The notes beneath the pieces were generated by a model, which worked only from the letters and a program-made list of their open reading frames with translations, did not search any database and was not told the origin of the DNA. Source: Mobula hypostoma (taxonomy: Eukaryota). From it: 64,000 nt of DNA. How positions within the stretch are numbered: position 1 is the first letter of the stretch; the number at the start of each line of letters is the position of its first letter. Positions 51,265 through 64,000 of the stretch are shown here, piece after piece. The stretch is from assembly GCF_963921235.1 (NCBI RefSeq), contig NC_086098.1:33852001-33916000 (forward strand), read 5' to 3'. Position numbers and translations under genes: made by a program.

Positions 51265-54200
51265 CGTAGGCACAGAATAATGCTCTTTGCCCATCGAGTC
51301 TGCTTCACCATTCCTTCATGGCTGATTTATTATCCCTCTCAGTCCCATTCTCCTAGCTTCTCTCTGTAACCTTTGATGCCCTGACTAATCAAGAACCTAT
51401 CAATCTTCGCTTTAAATATGCCCAATGACTTGGCCTCCACTGCCATCTGTGGCAATGAATTCCGAAGATTCACTACCCTCTGGCTAAAGAAATTCCTCTT
51501 CATCTCAGTTCTAAATGAAGGTTCCTCTATTCTGAGGCACTGCCCTCTAGTCTGAGACTCATCCACTATAGGAACCATCCTCGCCACAACCACACAATTT
51601 AGGCCTTTCAATATTCAATATGTTTCAATAGGCCTCCATCATTCTTCTAAACTAGTGAGTACAGGCCCAGAGCCATCAAGCACACCTCAAGCGTTAACCC
51701 TTTCATTCGCAGAACAATTCTCGTGAACCTCCTCTGGACCCTCTCCAATAACAACACATCTTTTCTTAGATAAAGAACCCAAAACTGCTCACACTACACT
51801 CAAAGTGTAGTCTAACCAATGCCTTATAAAACCTCAGCATTATGTTCTTGCTTTTGTATTCTGGTCTTCTCAGAATGAATGCTAACATTGCATTTCCTTT
51901 CCTTACCACTGACTCAACCTAGAAGCTAAGCTTTAGGGAATCCTGCACGATGTCTCTGAAGTCCCTGTATGCTTCTAGTTTTTGAACTTTCTCCCTATTT
52001 AGAAAATAGTCTCCACCTTTATTCCTTCTACCAAAGTGCATGACCATGCAGTTACCTATACTGATTTCCATTTGCCACTCTTTTGCCCATTCTCCTTCTC
52101 TTGTCCTTCTGCAGACTCCCTGCTTCCTCAACACTACCTGTTCCTCCAACTATCTTTGTATCATCTGCAAGTTTAGCCACAAAGCCATTAAATCTGTAAT
52201 CCAGCTCATTAACAGTATAATGTGAGAAGAAGTGGTCTCAACACCAACCCCCATGGAACACCACTAGTCAACCAGAAAATACCCCCTTTATGCCCAGTCT
52301 TTGTCTCCTGCCAGTCGGCCAAGCTTCTATTAATGCTAGTATCTTTCCTGTAATACCATAGGCTCTTATCTTGTTAGGCAGCCTCATATCCAGCAGCTTA
52401 TCAAAAGCCTTCATAAAATCCAAGTAAACAACATCCATGGACTCTCCTTTCTCTGTCCTGCTTGTTATTTCCTCAAAGATTTGTCAGCCAAGATTTCTCC
52501 TTAAGGAAATCATGTTGACTTTGCTATTTTATCAGGTGCTTCCAAGTACCCTGAAACCCCATGTTTAATAATGGACTCCAACATCTTCCCAACCACTGAA
52601 GACAGGCTAACTGGCCTATAATTTTCTTTCTTCTGCCTCCCTCTCTTCTTAAAGAGTGGAATGACATTTGAAATTTTCCAATCCTCTGAAACCATTCCAG
52701 AATCTAATGATTCCTGAAAGATCATTACTAATACCTCCCCCATCTCTTCAGTTGCCTCTTTCATATCCCTGGGTGTAGACCATCTGATCCAGGTGACTTA
52801 TCTACCTTCAGACCTTTCAGCTTCCCAAGCACCTTCTCCCTAGTAATAGCAACCACACTAAGTTCGGGCCCCTGACACTTGATCTTCTGGCATGAGTGTC
52901 TTCCACAGTGAAAACTGGTTACTTAATACTTATTAATTTAGTCCACCATTTATTTGATATTATTGGCTAGCTTACCTTCACATTTCCTCTTTTCTCCCTA
53001 TTATGGCTTTTTTAGTTGCCTTCTGGTGGTTTTTAAAAGCTTTCGAGTGCTCTAACTTACCACTATTTTTTTTACTATATTATATGTCCTCTCTTATCCT
53101 TTTATCCCATCTCTGACTTCTCATGTCTGCCACAGTTGCATCATCCTCTCTTTAGAATACTTCTTCATCTTTGGGGTGTATCTATCTTGTGCCTTCCAAA
53201 TTGCCTCCAAAAACTTCAGCCATAGTTGTGCTAGTATCCCCTTCCAATCAACTTTGACCAGGTCCTCTCCAATGTTCCCTCAAAGATGTGCACATGTACA
53301 CACACACAGACACACACATCTTTTGCTACTAGCACAGAACGTTGTCACCCTCTACCTCGTTGGCATGTTAATTATATTTCACGATCATACACAATCACAT
53401 TTCCTTTTCTGGTTTCTGATGTGGACGGTGTTGATAATGTGGACCTTGTGATGATTTGTCTGCAGATTTCAGAATTGGCTTATTTATATTGTTTTTATTG
53501 AAGGAATGATTGTCCCATTGTGTTGAATTCCAAAGAAGCAGAGAGCTTGAAGCACCAGAAAACTGCTAGTTCATTTAAAGCGGAATGGCTTAATGAAACA
53601 GTAGAAACTGCTACACCGACAGCTCATGAGGTCAGGAGGATACAGCTAGGAGAAATATTTACGTACAATACAGAAACTGGTGCTACTTGTGTGTATTGTT
53701 GCGATGCAAAAGTCGCTGAAGAATTTGCAAGTGGGAAGAAGTGTCATTTAGTAAGCAACTCACATATGGACGTTATGGAAAAGCTCTGGAGAGAAAATCC
53801 TATATTACCCACTACAGGCCTGCTACATATATTTTGTGAGAGTGTAGATGAATGAGAGCAAAAAAGATGAAACCCAGAGATCAAAGTTCTTTTTGACAGT
53901 GTTTTGCTAGCTGTTAAAATGAATATATATAAAATTCAGTGTGCACGTGTTGTTGTCACTGGACAAAAAATTGCCCTGCACGAGACTTTTGCGCACACTG
54001 TTCATGACAAATTAGAGGGAGCATTGGTCCTCTCTCATATCTCTGTAACTCCCTTTACTCCACTGTAATACTGATACATCTGATTTCAGCTTCTTCTCCT
54101 CACACTGAAGGGTAAATTCTATCATATTATGATCATGGACTCTTCGGGTTTCCTTTATCTTAAGCTCCCTAATCAAATCTGATTCATTGCTCAACAAATA

Positions 54201-54760
54201 ATCCAGATTTGTTTTCACCTAATGGACTCAACCACAAGCTGCTCTGGAAAGCCAACTCATAGGCATTCTACAAGTTTCTTCTCTTGAGATCCAGCACTAA
54301 CCTGATTTTCCTAATCTACCTGCATATTGAAATCCTTCATGACTATCATAACACTGCCCTTTTTGCATGCCTTTTCTATGTCCCATTGTAATTTGTAGCC
54401 CACATCCTATCTGCTATTCAGAGGCCTGTATGTAACTCCTTCCGGGTCTTTTTACCTTTGCAATTTCTTAACTGTACCAACAATGATTCTACATCATTCT
54501 ACATCTATCTCACCCTTTTTTGGTTCATTATTTACCAATACAGCCACCCCACCCTCTCTGCCTACCTGCCTGTTCTTTTGATACAATCTGTATCCTTAGA
54601 TGTTAAGCTCCAAAGTGTGATCATCTTTCAGCCATGATGCGGTGACGCCCACAACATCATACCAGTCAATCTCTATCTGTGATACAAGATCATCTACCTT
54701 ATTCTGTGTACTGTGTGCATTTAAATGTAACATCAGTACTGTATACATCACCATAATAAA
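51265..54760 (-). mobile_element. CR1 LINE, decayed ORF2, interrupted by a hAT element
   Basis: ORFs YDVVGVTASWL, DHNMIEF, NYRPVSLSSVVGK and FFSQRVVNL. Confidence 0.88.
53270..54026 (+). mobile_element. Non-autonomous hAT DNA transposon with 8-bp TSD and internally deleted transposase-like ORF (53520-53855)
   Basis: GTCCTCTC|CAATGTTCCCTC...GAGGGAGCATTG|GTCCTCTC; FKAEWL...CVYC zinc-finger-like N-terminus. Confidence 0.85.
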
Positions 54761-55339
54761 GGAATAAGATCTTGTTTTCTTTGCCACTCAAATCCATCAA
54801 CCTATTTTCTGCATCTAATTGCTGTACCATATGTCATTGAATAATTGTCTCCATAACACTTGCAATTGTACTTTGATATATTCCAATAGCCTCAGTTTTG
54901 GTCCTCCATTTTACACACAACTTCTGATAATTTGCCCAACGATATTGTCATGGTCATTTCTTAATGTACTTGTCTCCGACAGAAGCATTATTGTGGAGTT
55001 TCCAATCTTGTTGTGTCAAATCCAAGAACTACAGTTGGGTTTTGCCACTCATTCCCAGACCAGGCCGACTATAACCTGAAGAGAGAAAAATATTCTGACT
55101 GCTTTTGTGTGATAACAACCGTCATCTGCCCTGTCTTATTTGTTACTCTGGTTGAGACTACCTATTAATCTGTCTCTGCCATTTTGCATCTCTTTCTGAT
55201 ACCACTTAAGCTAAGGTTGTCTCTGAATCTCTTCTTAGAAACACTGTCATCACCTTAAAAGCTGTCTTCAAATTTTGCTTATCTTAAAACATCCTACAGC
55301 TCCTTTGAACCTGATCTCATTAAACCTCTTACTCTCCAC

Positions 55340-55650
55340 AGTAACGTAGTGGTTAGCATGATAGTTTACAGTGCCATCGATGGGATGATTGGGGTTTAAT
55401 TCCAGCCATTGTCAGTAAGGAGTTTATACGTTCTCCCCATCACTGCATGGGTTTTCTCTGGATGCTCTAGTTCCCTCCCTCATTCCAAAAGAGGTATGGG
55501 TTAGGGTTAGCAACTTATGGGGATACCGTGTTGGTACTGGAAGCATGACACCATCTGCAGGCTGCTTCCAGCACATCTTTGTGCTGTATTGGTCGTAGGC
55601 TGTATGTTTACATATGCATCTGACAAATAAAACTAATCTTTCATCTTCAC
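55340..55650 (+). mobile_element. tRNA-derived V-SINE-like element
   Basis: A-box gtagtggttagc, B-box-like ggtttaattcc, V-domain gttctcccc...tgcatgggtttt, tail tgacaaataaaactaatcttt. Confidence 0.7.
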
Positions 55651-56017
55651 ATTTAAACCTTCTTGGCTCATGTTAATTTGCCTTATAAATAATAGTGTAA
55701 GTCTGGAGATTCCATTCCCTCTCAAAATACCTTGACCATGTTGTTAGCTTTGGTTGCTTTATCAAACTATTTTACAACTCCCTCTTTGAAACTTGCCAAC
55801 CATATCTAACCGCATCCTTGCAATCCTTTGTTCAGCAGTTAATAACGCTAACTCGAACCATAGTAAAGGCTCCTTGTGCTACTGCACATGGAGGGGCAGA
55901 AGTTGGGTGGGGAAGCCCCTTGACCAATTAAAGCGTTATCATCTCATGTGTGGCAATAACGCTATGTTTGTTTTATTTTCTCAGTCTCTTTAAAGTTTAC
56001 ACCATGAAATGTACTGA

Positions 56018-56327
56018 GTGTTGGCGCGTGGCCAAGTGGTTAAGGCGTCGGTCTAGTGATCTGAAGGTCACTAGTTCAAGCCTCAACAGAGGCAGCATGT
56101 TGTGTCCTTGAGCAAGGCACTTAATCACACATTGCTCTGCAACGACACTGGTGCCAAGCTGTATCAGCCCTAGTGCCCTTCCCTTGGACAACATCGGTGG
56201 TATGTAGAGGAGAGACTTGTAGCATGGGCAGCTGCCGGTCTTCCATACAACCTTGCCCAGGCCTGCGCCCTGGAAACCTTCCAAGGCACAAATCCATGGT
56301 CTCATGAGACTAACGGATGCCTAGAGA
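56018..56327 (+). mobile_element. tRNA-derived SINE with CORE-like segment and RTE-like tail, 12-bp TSD
   Basis: A-box TGGCCAAGTGG, B-box GTTCAAGCC, gtgtccttgagcaaggcactt; TSD GAAATGTACTGA at 56006-56017 and 56328-56339. Confidence 0.88.
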
Positions 56328-56899
56328 GAAATGTACTGACTAAGAATATACAATTTTTTTACACTGCTTCTTTATATATTTTTTAATCACGAATAATGTC
56401 TATTTTTAAAATAATAACTAACTCTAACTAGAATCGCAGATTACTTTTTTCCTTGCTTTAGTTGATTGATCTTTAAAGTGAACTTTCTTCCAGGTGAATG
56501 GTGAATTCTATGACTTTGCTCCGGACTGAAAATTACAGCCTATTTTATCTCTCATATGTTCAAGTAAATCTCTTTATAACTTCAACTATAACTCCCTTAT
56601 TTTGTAAACAAATCTATTTTAAGTTTAAGGAGAACATATTTTTATTATTTTCAACAGACAAATGTTCTTCCCTGTTCTCAAACTATCACTGTTTCTGCCT
56701 CCACAGTATTTACTTATCAAAATTGTGTTAAAGTTCAGGGTTACAGCATATTTTGTAAACTTCTGTTGCGCAATCAGAGTCAACTAATTCTAATTTAAAT
56801 CCATTACAAATGCAATGTAACCTTTAAGTGGAAACGATGCAAAATCTTTTTAAAAACTATATTAAGAATGTTATTAATTGTTATTGGAGCTGTCAAATA

Positions 56900-59800
56900 G
56901 AACGTACTGTTACAACTCTACAGCACAGTACGGGCTCTTTGGCCCATGATGTTGTGCTGACCCCTTAATCTGTTTCAAAATTAATCTGACCCTTCCTTCC
57001 CATTTTTTTTAACCACTTGTGTATAAAGAGTCTCTTAATTATCCCTAATATATCTGCCTCTACAACCACTACAAAAATCCTACCTTTGATTTGACAGGCT
57101 ATCTATACTTTGCTTCAAGCACTTTAAAATTATTCCCCCTTGTATTATTCATTTCTGCCCTGGGAAAATGTCTCTGCCTACCCACACGATCTACTGTACA
57201 TCTCTTATCACCTTGTACACCTCTATCAGGTCACCTCTCATCCTCCTTTTCTCCAAAGAGAGAAGCCCAAACTTGCTCAACCGATCCACACAAGACATGC
57301 TCTCTAATCCAGGCAGTATCTTGGTAAATCTCCTCTGTGCCCTCTCTAAAGTTTCCACATCCTTCTATAATAGAACATAGAACATAGAATAGTACAGCAC
57401 AGTACAGGCCCTTCGGCTCACAATGTTGTGCCGACCCTTAAACCCTGCCTCCCATATAACCCCCCACCTTAAATTCCTCCATATACCTGTCTAGTAGTCT
57501 CTTAAGTTTCACTAGTGTATCTACCTCCACCACTGACTCAGGCAGTGCATTCCACGCTCCAACCACTTTCTGAGTAAAAAAAACCTTCCTCTAATATCCC
57601 CCTTGAACTTCCCACCCCTTACCTTAAAGCCATGTCCTCTTGTACTGAGCAGTGGTGCCCTGGAGAAGAGGTGCTGGCTGTCCACTCTATCTATTCCTCT
57701 TAATATCTTGTATACCTCTATCATGTCTCCCCTCATCCTCCTTCTCTCCAAAGAGTAAAGCCCTAGCTCCCTTAATCTCTGATCATAATCCATAATCTCT
57801 AAACCAGGCAGTATCCTGGTAAATCTCCTCTGTACCCTTTCCAATATTTCCACATCCTTCCTATAGTGAGGCGACCAGAACTGGACATAGTACTCCAAGT
57901 GTGGCCTAACCAGAGTTTTATAGAGCTGCATCATTACCCTGCGACTCTTAAACTCTGTCCCTCAACTTACGAAAGCTAACACCCTATAAGCTTTCTTAAC
58001 TACCCTATTTACCTGTGAGGCAACTTTCAGGGATCTATGGACATGTACTCCCAGATCCCACTGCTCCTCCATACTAACAAGTATCCTGCCATTTACTTTG
58101 TACTCTGCCTTGGAGTTTGTCCTTCCAAAGTGTACCACCTCACACTTCTCCGGGTTGAACTCCATCTGCCACTTCTCAGCCCACTTCTGCATCCTATCAA
58201 TGTCTCTGTGCAATCTTCGACAATCTTCTACACTATCCACAACACCACCAACCTTTGTGTCGTCTGCTAACTTGCCAAACTTGCTACCCTTCTACCCCCA
58301 CATCCAGGTTGTTAATAAAAATCATGAAAAGTAGAGGTCCCAGAACCGATCCTTGTGGGACACCACTAGTCACAACCCTCCAATCTGAATGTACTCCCTC
58401 CACCACAACCCCCTGCTTTCTGCAGGCAAGCCAATTGTGAATCCACCTATCCACTTGGCCAAACTTCCCTGGATCCCATGCCATCTGACTTTCTGAATAA
58501 GCATAATAATGAGTCGACCTGAACTGAATGCAATATACCATGTGATGTTACCTCACAGCTCTTGAATCTATTCCTCTGACTAAGGAAAACCAACACACCA
58601 TACACCTTAAGCACGCTAAGAACTTGCTCTACAACTTCGAGGTATGTATGTACGTGAACTCCAATGTCTCTCTGTTCTGAATCCAGTCATTAGTCCTGTA
58701 TTCTGCCTTCAAATTCAATCTTTCAAAGTGAATCGCCTCAGATTTTTCTGAATTGAACTCCATCAGTCATTTCTCAGCCCAGCATTCTATCAGTATCCTG
58801 TTGTAATGTACAACAGCCATCTACACTAACCACAACACCAGCAACATCCATGTCATCTGCAAACTTACTAAACTACCCTTCCACCTCCTCAGCCAAGTCA
58901 TTTATAGTCATCATAAAGAGCAGGGGTCCCAGAACAGATCCCTGTGGAACACCACTAGTCACTGACCTCTAAGTAGAATATGCTTCATTTACTATCACCC
59001 CCACCTACTGTTGGCAAGCCAATTCTGAATCTGCAGAGTCACCATTCCCTGGAACCCATGCCTTCTGACTTTCTAAAAGGGCCTACAATGGGAAAACCTC
59101 AAGTGCCTTTCTAGAATCCAAGCACACCACATCAACTGCTCTGCCTTCATCAATGCACTTTGTCATTTCATCAAATAATTCAGCCAGGTTCATGAGGCAC
59201 AGCCAGCCCCTCACAAAGGCATATTGACGATCACTAATTAGCTTGTTTTCTCCAAATGCACATAAGTTCTGTCTCCAAAAATCCTCGCCAACAGTTTGCC
59301 CACCACTGACGTAAAACTCACTGGTCTATTATTCCCAGGGTTATCCCAGTAACCTTTCTTGAACAAGGGAATAACGTCCAATCCTCTGGCACTACCCTTG
59401 TGGCCAGTGAGGATGCAGAGATCATTGTCAAAGGCACAGCGATCATTTTTCTCGGTTCCCATAGTAACCTGAGGTTACTGGCCCTGAAGACTTATCTATC
59501 CTAATGTTTTTCTAAAGTTCCAGTACATCCTCTTTCTTAATGTTGACATGTTCCAGCATATCAGCTTGTTCTATGTCTCCCTCACATTCATCAAGATCCC
59601 TCTCCCTGGTGAATGCTGAAGCAAAGTATTCATTAAGGACCTCTTCCAGCTCCAAGGGTATATTACCTTTCTTATCCTTGATTGGTCCTACCCTGATTTT
59701 AGTCAACCCTTTCATTTCTTCTACCAAAGTGCATGACCATACACTTTCCAACACCGTATTCCATTTTCAATTTCTTTGCCCATTCTCGTAATCTGCCCAA

Positions 59801-60090
59801 GTCCTTCTGTTTATCTATTTCCTCAATTACCTGCCTCTCCACCTATTTTCATATCGTCTGCAAACTTAGCAACAAAGTCATCAATTCCATCATCCAAATC
59901 ATTGACACATAACTTAATAAGAATTGGTCCCAACACAGACCCCTGTAGAACACCACCAGTCACTGGCAGCCAATCAGAAAAAGGCTCCCTTTATTCCCAC
60001 TCTTTGCCTCCTGCCAAACAGCCACTGTTTTATCCATACTAGAATCTTTCCCTATAATGCCATGAGCTCGTAGCTTATTAAGCAGCCTGT
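56900..60090 (-). mobile_element. Cluster of nested CR1-type LINE fragments (younger insert about 57373-58500)
   Basis: ORFs 57521-57934, 57962-58240, 58284-58541 ([13 protein letters not shown]), 59238-59462 and 59512-59754; (ttctatg)n tail at 57373. Confidence 0.85.
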
Positions 60091-60104
60091 GAGTCCAGGC
60101 CGAT

Positions 60105-61447
60105 GAGTCTGACATCAGTTGTGGGAAAGTTATTGAAAGGTATTCTGAGGGACTGGATAGATATGGATTGATTAAGGATGGTCAACATGGCTTCATGTGT
60201 GTAGGTCTGTTTTTTCAAGGAAGTTTCCAGGAAAGTGAATGAAGGCAAGGCAGTGGATGTTGTCTACATGGAGATTAGTAAGGCATTTGACAAGATCCTA
60301 CATGGGATGGAGGCAGGTCAAGAAGGTTGAGTCGGTTGGCATTCAAGATGAGGTAGAAAATTGGATTAGACATTGGCTTTGTAGGAGAAGCCAGGGAATG
60401 CTGATAGAGAGTTGCTTCTCTGACTGGGGGCCTGCGACTAGTTGAGTACTGCAGGAATCGGTGCTGGGTCCTTTGTTGTTTGTCATCTATATCAATGATC
60501 TGGATGATAATGTGGTTAACTAGGTCAGCAAATTTTGTGTATGACACCAAGATTGTAGGTGTAGTGGACAAGTGAGGAAGGCTGTCATGGCTTGCAGAGG
60601 GATCTACATCAGCTGGAAAAATAAACTGAAAAGTTGCAGATGGACTTTAATGCAAAAGTGCGAGGTTTTACACTTCGGTAGGACCAAGCAGGGTAGGGCT
60701 TACACAGTGAACGGTAGGGCATTGAGGAGTGCGGTAGAATAAAGGGATCTGGGAATACAGGTACATAATTCATTGAAAGTAGTGTCACAGGTAGATAGGA
60801 TCGTAAAGAATGCTTTTGCGGCATTGGCCTTCATAAATCCATGTATTAAGTAAAGAAGATGGAATATTATGTTGAAGTTCTAGAAGACATTGGCGGGACC
60901 TAATTTGAAGTATTGTGTGCAGTTTTGGTCACCTACCTACAAGAAAGATGTAAACAAGGTTGAAAAAGTGCAGAGAATATTTACAAGGATGTTGCCGGGT
61001 CTGGAAGACCTGAGTTATAAGAAAAAATTGAATAGGTTAGGACTGTATTCTTTAGAATGTAAAGGATTGAGAGATTTGATTGAGGCTTACAAAATTATGA
61101 GAGGTACAGATAGGTTAAATGCAATTACGCTTTCTTCACTGATGTTGAGTTGGACTACAACCAGAGGTCATGGCTTAAGGGTGAAAGCTGAGAAGTTTAA
61201 GAGGACATAAGGGGAAACCTCTTCACCTAGAGTGTCGTGAAAGTGTGGAATGAGTTGCTAGCATAATTAGTTCATGCAAGCTCGATTTCAATGTTTAAGA
61301 GAAGTTTTGATAGGTACATGGATAGTGGGGATATGGAGGTCTATGGTCCTGGTGTAGGTCGATGGAAGTAAGCAGTTTAAATAGTTTCAGCATGGACTAG
61401 ATGGGCCAAAAGGCCAGTTTCTGTGCTCTGGTTCTCTATGACTCTAT
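60105..61447 (+). mobile_element. CR1-type LINE, decayed RT to tail
   Basis: ORF 60890-61210 (PNLKYCVQFWSP); tail ctctatgactctat. Confidence 0.85.
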
Positions 61448-62334
61448 AGAATAGAAATAGGTAGGCATAGTTTAAATCCTGGGCTTACTCTGTTACAATA
61501 TTACATGATAGTTTCAATGAAAATATCAAGAATTAGTTTACTGAAATTGTGCAATATGTTAGAGTGGTCAAGGTACTTCAAATTAGTTTCTGTTTTAGGA
61601 GAAAAGATGATGATCATCATCAAAGACTGCAGAAGTGTTTGTGCAATGGTGTCTGCAATAGTGAGTCTCTTGTTTTAGTCTAGTAGTGCCAAAGAAAGAT
61701 TCAGCACAAACATTATATAAGAGAACATAATCCAATAATCTGGTTTCTGATTCTTCAGAAAGCCCAAAGTTTTGGTATCTGGCTCACACATAAGTACATT
61801 AAGTCCTCATTATATGCTGAAATGTTACCTGCATTCCAGTATACTAGCAAAAGCAGCCATGCTTACAGAGACTGTGAGATTCATATGCAGCCAGAGTTGG
61901 GGTTGTGAGCACTGGTGTGTAGTAACACGAAGTGGTTTCCAGCTGGAGGCGGCGTCCGGGATGTGGTCAAGATGTGTGGCAGTATCCAAGGGCTGTATTG
62001 CTTCAGCTTGTATATTTCAACTAATAAAGAGAGTGAAATAAATGTGTGTTGGTGTAATCAGAGTAACATTTAATAGTCTAGAAATTCTGCTTGTCCTGTG
62101 CAACCAAAATCCCTAAGGTGCCAGGTTATGGGAGTTTTACTAACTTACTTGATTAATTGTGAGAGATCAATATTTGGGTATATAATTGCATTGAGCTAAG
62201 ACATATTTAGCTGTTTGGGGCAAGATAGGACATTTGCATGCAGTTTTTTTTTGCTAAATAGCTGTAAAAGGAGAAATATTTTCTGGATTACCAGAGAGAG
62301 AGAGATAACATATTGTTAGTCATATTTAGATTAT

Positions 62335-63015
62335 AACCAAGCTGAAGGTCTACTGTGCAGTGGTCCTTACCACCCTCCTTTACGCCAGCGAGACCTGGAC
62401 TGTCTACAGCAGACACGCCAAACAGCTCAACTATTTTCACCTGAGCTGTCTCCGCAGACTCCTCCACATCAGGTGGCAGGACAAAGTCCCCGACACGGAA
62501 ATCCTGGAACGAGCTGGGCTCTGCGGCGTCTACACCCTCCTGCTGAAAGCCCAAGCCAGGTGGGCTGGACATGTGGTCAGAATGCCAGACAGTCGATTGC
62601 CTAAGCAGCTGCTGTACGGAGAACTGTGCCAGGGCAAGCGCTCAGTCGGGGGGCAGAAGAAACGTTTCAAAGACTGCCTGAAAGCGTCCCTCAAAGGCCT
62701 GGGTGTCGACATCAACACGTGGGAGACGCTTGCCCTCAACCATCCAGCTTGGCGCAGCAAGATCACCACAGGAGCCCGTGCAGCTGAAGCCAGGCGCATC
62801 ATCGAGGCACAACGAAAGCTTGCTGTGCGCAAGGCCCAAGCAGCATCCACTGCCACGACAGCACCCACCCACTTGTGTCCCACATGTGGGTGAGCCTTCA
62901 GGGCCCGGATTGGCCTCATCAGTCACCTCCGGACCCACAGCCACCAATCTCCCATTTGACTTTGAAACCATGGTCATCTTTGACTATGAAGGACGAACAA
63001 CAGTAACAGCAACAG
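62335..63015 (+). mobile_element. RTE-clade LINE 3' fragment with C-terminal C2H2-like motif
   Basis: ORF 62360-62893 (LLYASETW, RWAGHVVRM..SRLPKQLLYGEL, GGQKKRFKD); CPTCG*AFRARIGLISHLRTH; (aac)-type tail. Confidence 0.9.
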
Positions 63016-64000
63016 TATAAATATTATAGTTTAGATGGGGGTTGTCACTCCAACTTGTCACTTGTACAATTTTTTTGTACATTAAGCATAGAATAGTCAC
63101 CAAAATAGTATAGACTACCAGCATACACAAGAATGGTGACTAGGACATGCTGTAAGAAGACGGCCATATGGAGCCAATGGCTGCACCGTACCCTTGCCGT
63201 GTTTTGTAAACTAGAATGGAAAATGCTTGGGAAAGGGCTTGCCAAATTTTCAGGGTTCTGTTGAGCCAAATAGACTTACCCTTTTGTTGTTGGGCCTGTG
63301 AAAATTCATTGATAATCAGCGAAAGTTTTGCTGATTGTGCATGTTGGAAGGCCTGGTTCCTTGTTGGACTCCGATGTGCAAAAGTAACTGGAGGGAATCT
63401 TATTTTTTTTCCCAATAAAGGGGCTGTGTAGTTATATTTTGAGTTTATGCATAGCTCCCAGGAATGTGAACACAAAAGGTAGTCCAGAGAATTATTTACT
63501 GCAGAGATCTCAGAGCTTTCTTTACCTGTGCACCCAAGCTTAGCCTTAGTAGCTTTGTGATCACAGTTTGATGACTACAGAGTCCATCTCTGAATAGTCC
63601 TTGAAGTACCCCAGAATTCTGTGGAGTGAGAGGAATCTTGCCCCATCAGAGACAGCTTTCCTCTGTGCTACTTTGCAAGACCTTGAAATAGAAACAAAAC
63701 ACTGCCTGTTCTGAGAACTGATACAACTCAAGATTTTACCTGTACCACAGCCTGATCTCTCGGTGGATTTCAAATCTGGGTTCAGCTTAGAAAGGTCCAT
63801 ACTTGTAAGAGAAGCTTAGTGGTTCTGTTTCTTAACATTTTTTCATTGATGTACTCATCAATGTGTTGTTGAACTTACTTTTGTGTGTAGAAATTAACTT
63901 CTGCAGTTATTCCGTTCAGCTCGGCAGTGTGCTCATTTTGTTTGACCATGCTGGTTCTGCAACAAATCTGCCCAGTTAATTGTACTGCTGGAATCATGCA

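Noticed and set aside
56021-56095. tRNA-like sequence
   Set aside because: It is the head of a SINE bounded by a TSD, not a standalone tRNA gene
62891-62893. In-frame TGA as possible readthrough or selenocysteine codon
   Set aside because: Best explained by CpG deamination of an Arg codon in a dead RTE copy; no SECIS seen
49091-64000. Search for the terminal SUPT3H exons and for RUNX2 exons
   Set aside because: No matching coding sequence recognised; they presumably lie outside the window

Overview
Eukaryotic genomic DNA from a vertebrate. The repeat families suggest a cartilaginous fish, probably a batoid ray (inference). The window lies inside SUPT3H (SPT3 homolog, SAGA subunit) on the + strand. 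Six internal coding exons (2194-2287, 6840-6973, 23467-23542, 44147-44259, 44789-44899, 48899-49090) have GT-AG boundaries and compatible phases and join into one reading frame; the first and last exons lie outside the window. The introns are dense with nested transposons: many CR1-type LINE fragments (including three near-identical young copies), Rex-Babar-like and RTE LINEs, Penelope-like fragments with hammerhead-ribozyme motifs, tRNA-derived SINEs, a decayed Gypsy element, hAT and Tigger-like remnants, and a full-length IR/DR Tc1 with an open DD34E transposase ORF. I found no convincing wholly new biological system. The best leads are (i) inverted young CR1 copies bracketing three exons that would back-splice into a 300-nt stop-free circle, (ii) the full-length Tc1, and (iii) a Penelope terminal repeat with a complete-looking minimal hammerhead in the sense orientation. 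Family names come from motif recognition, not database searches; boundaries of old repeats are approximate.
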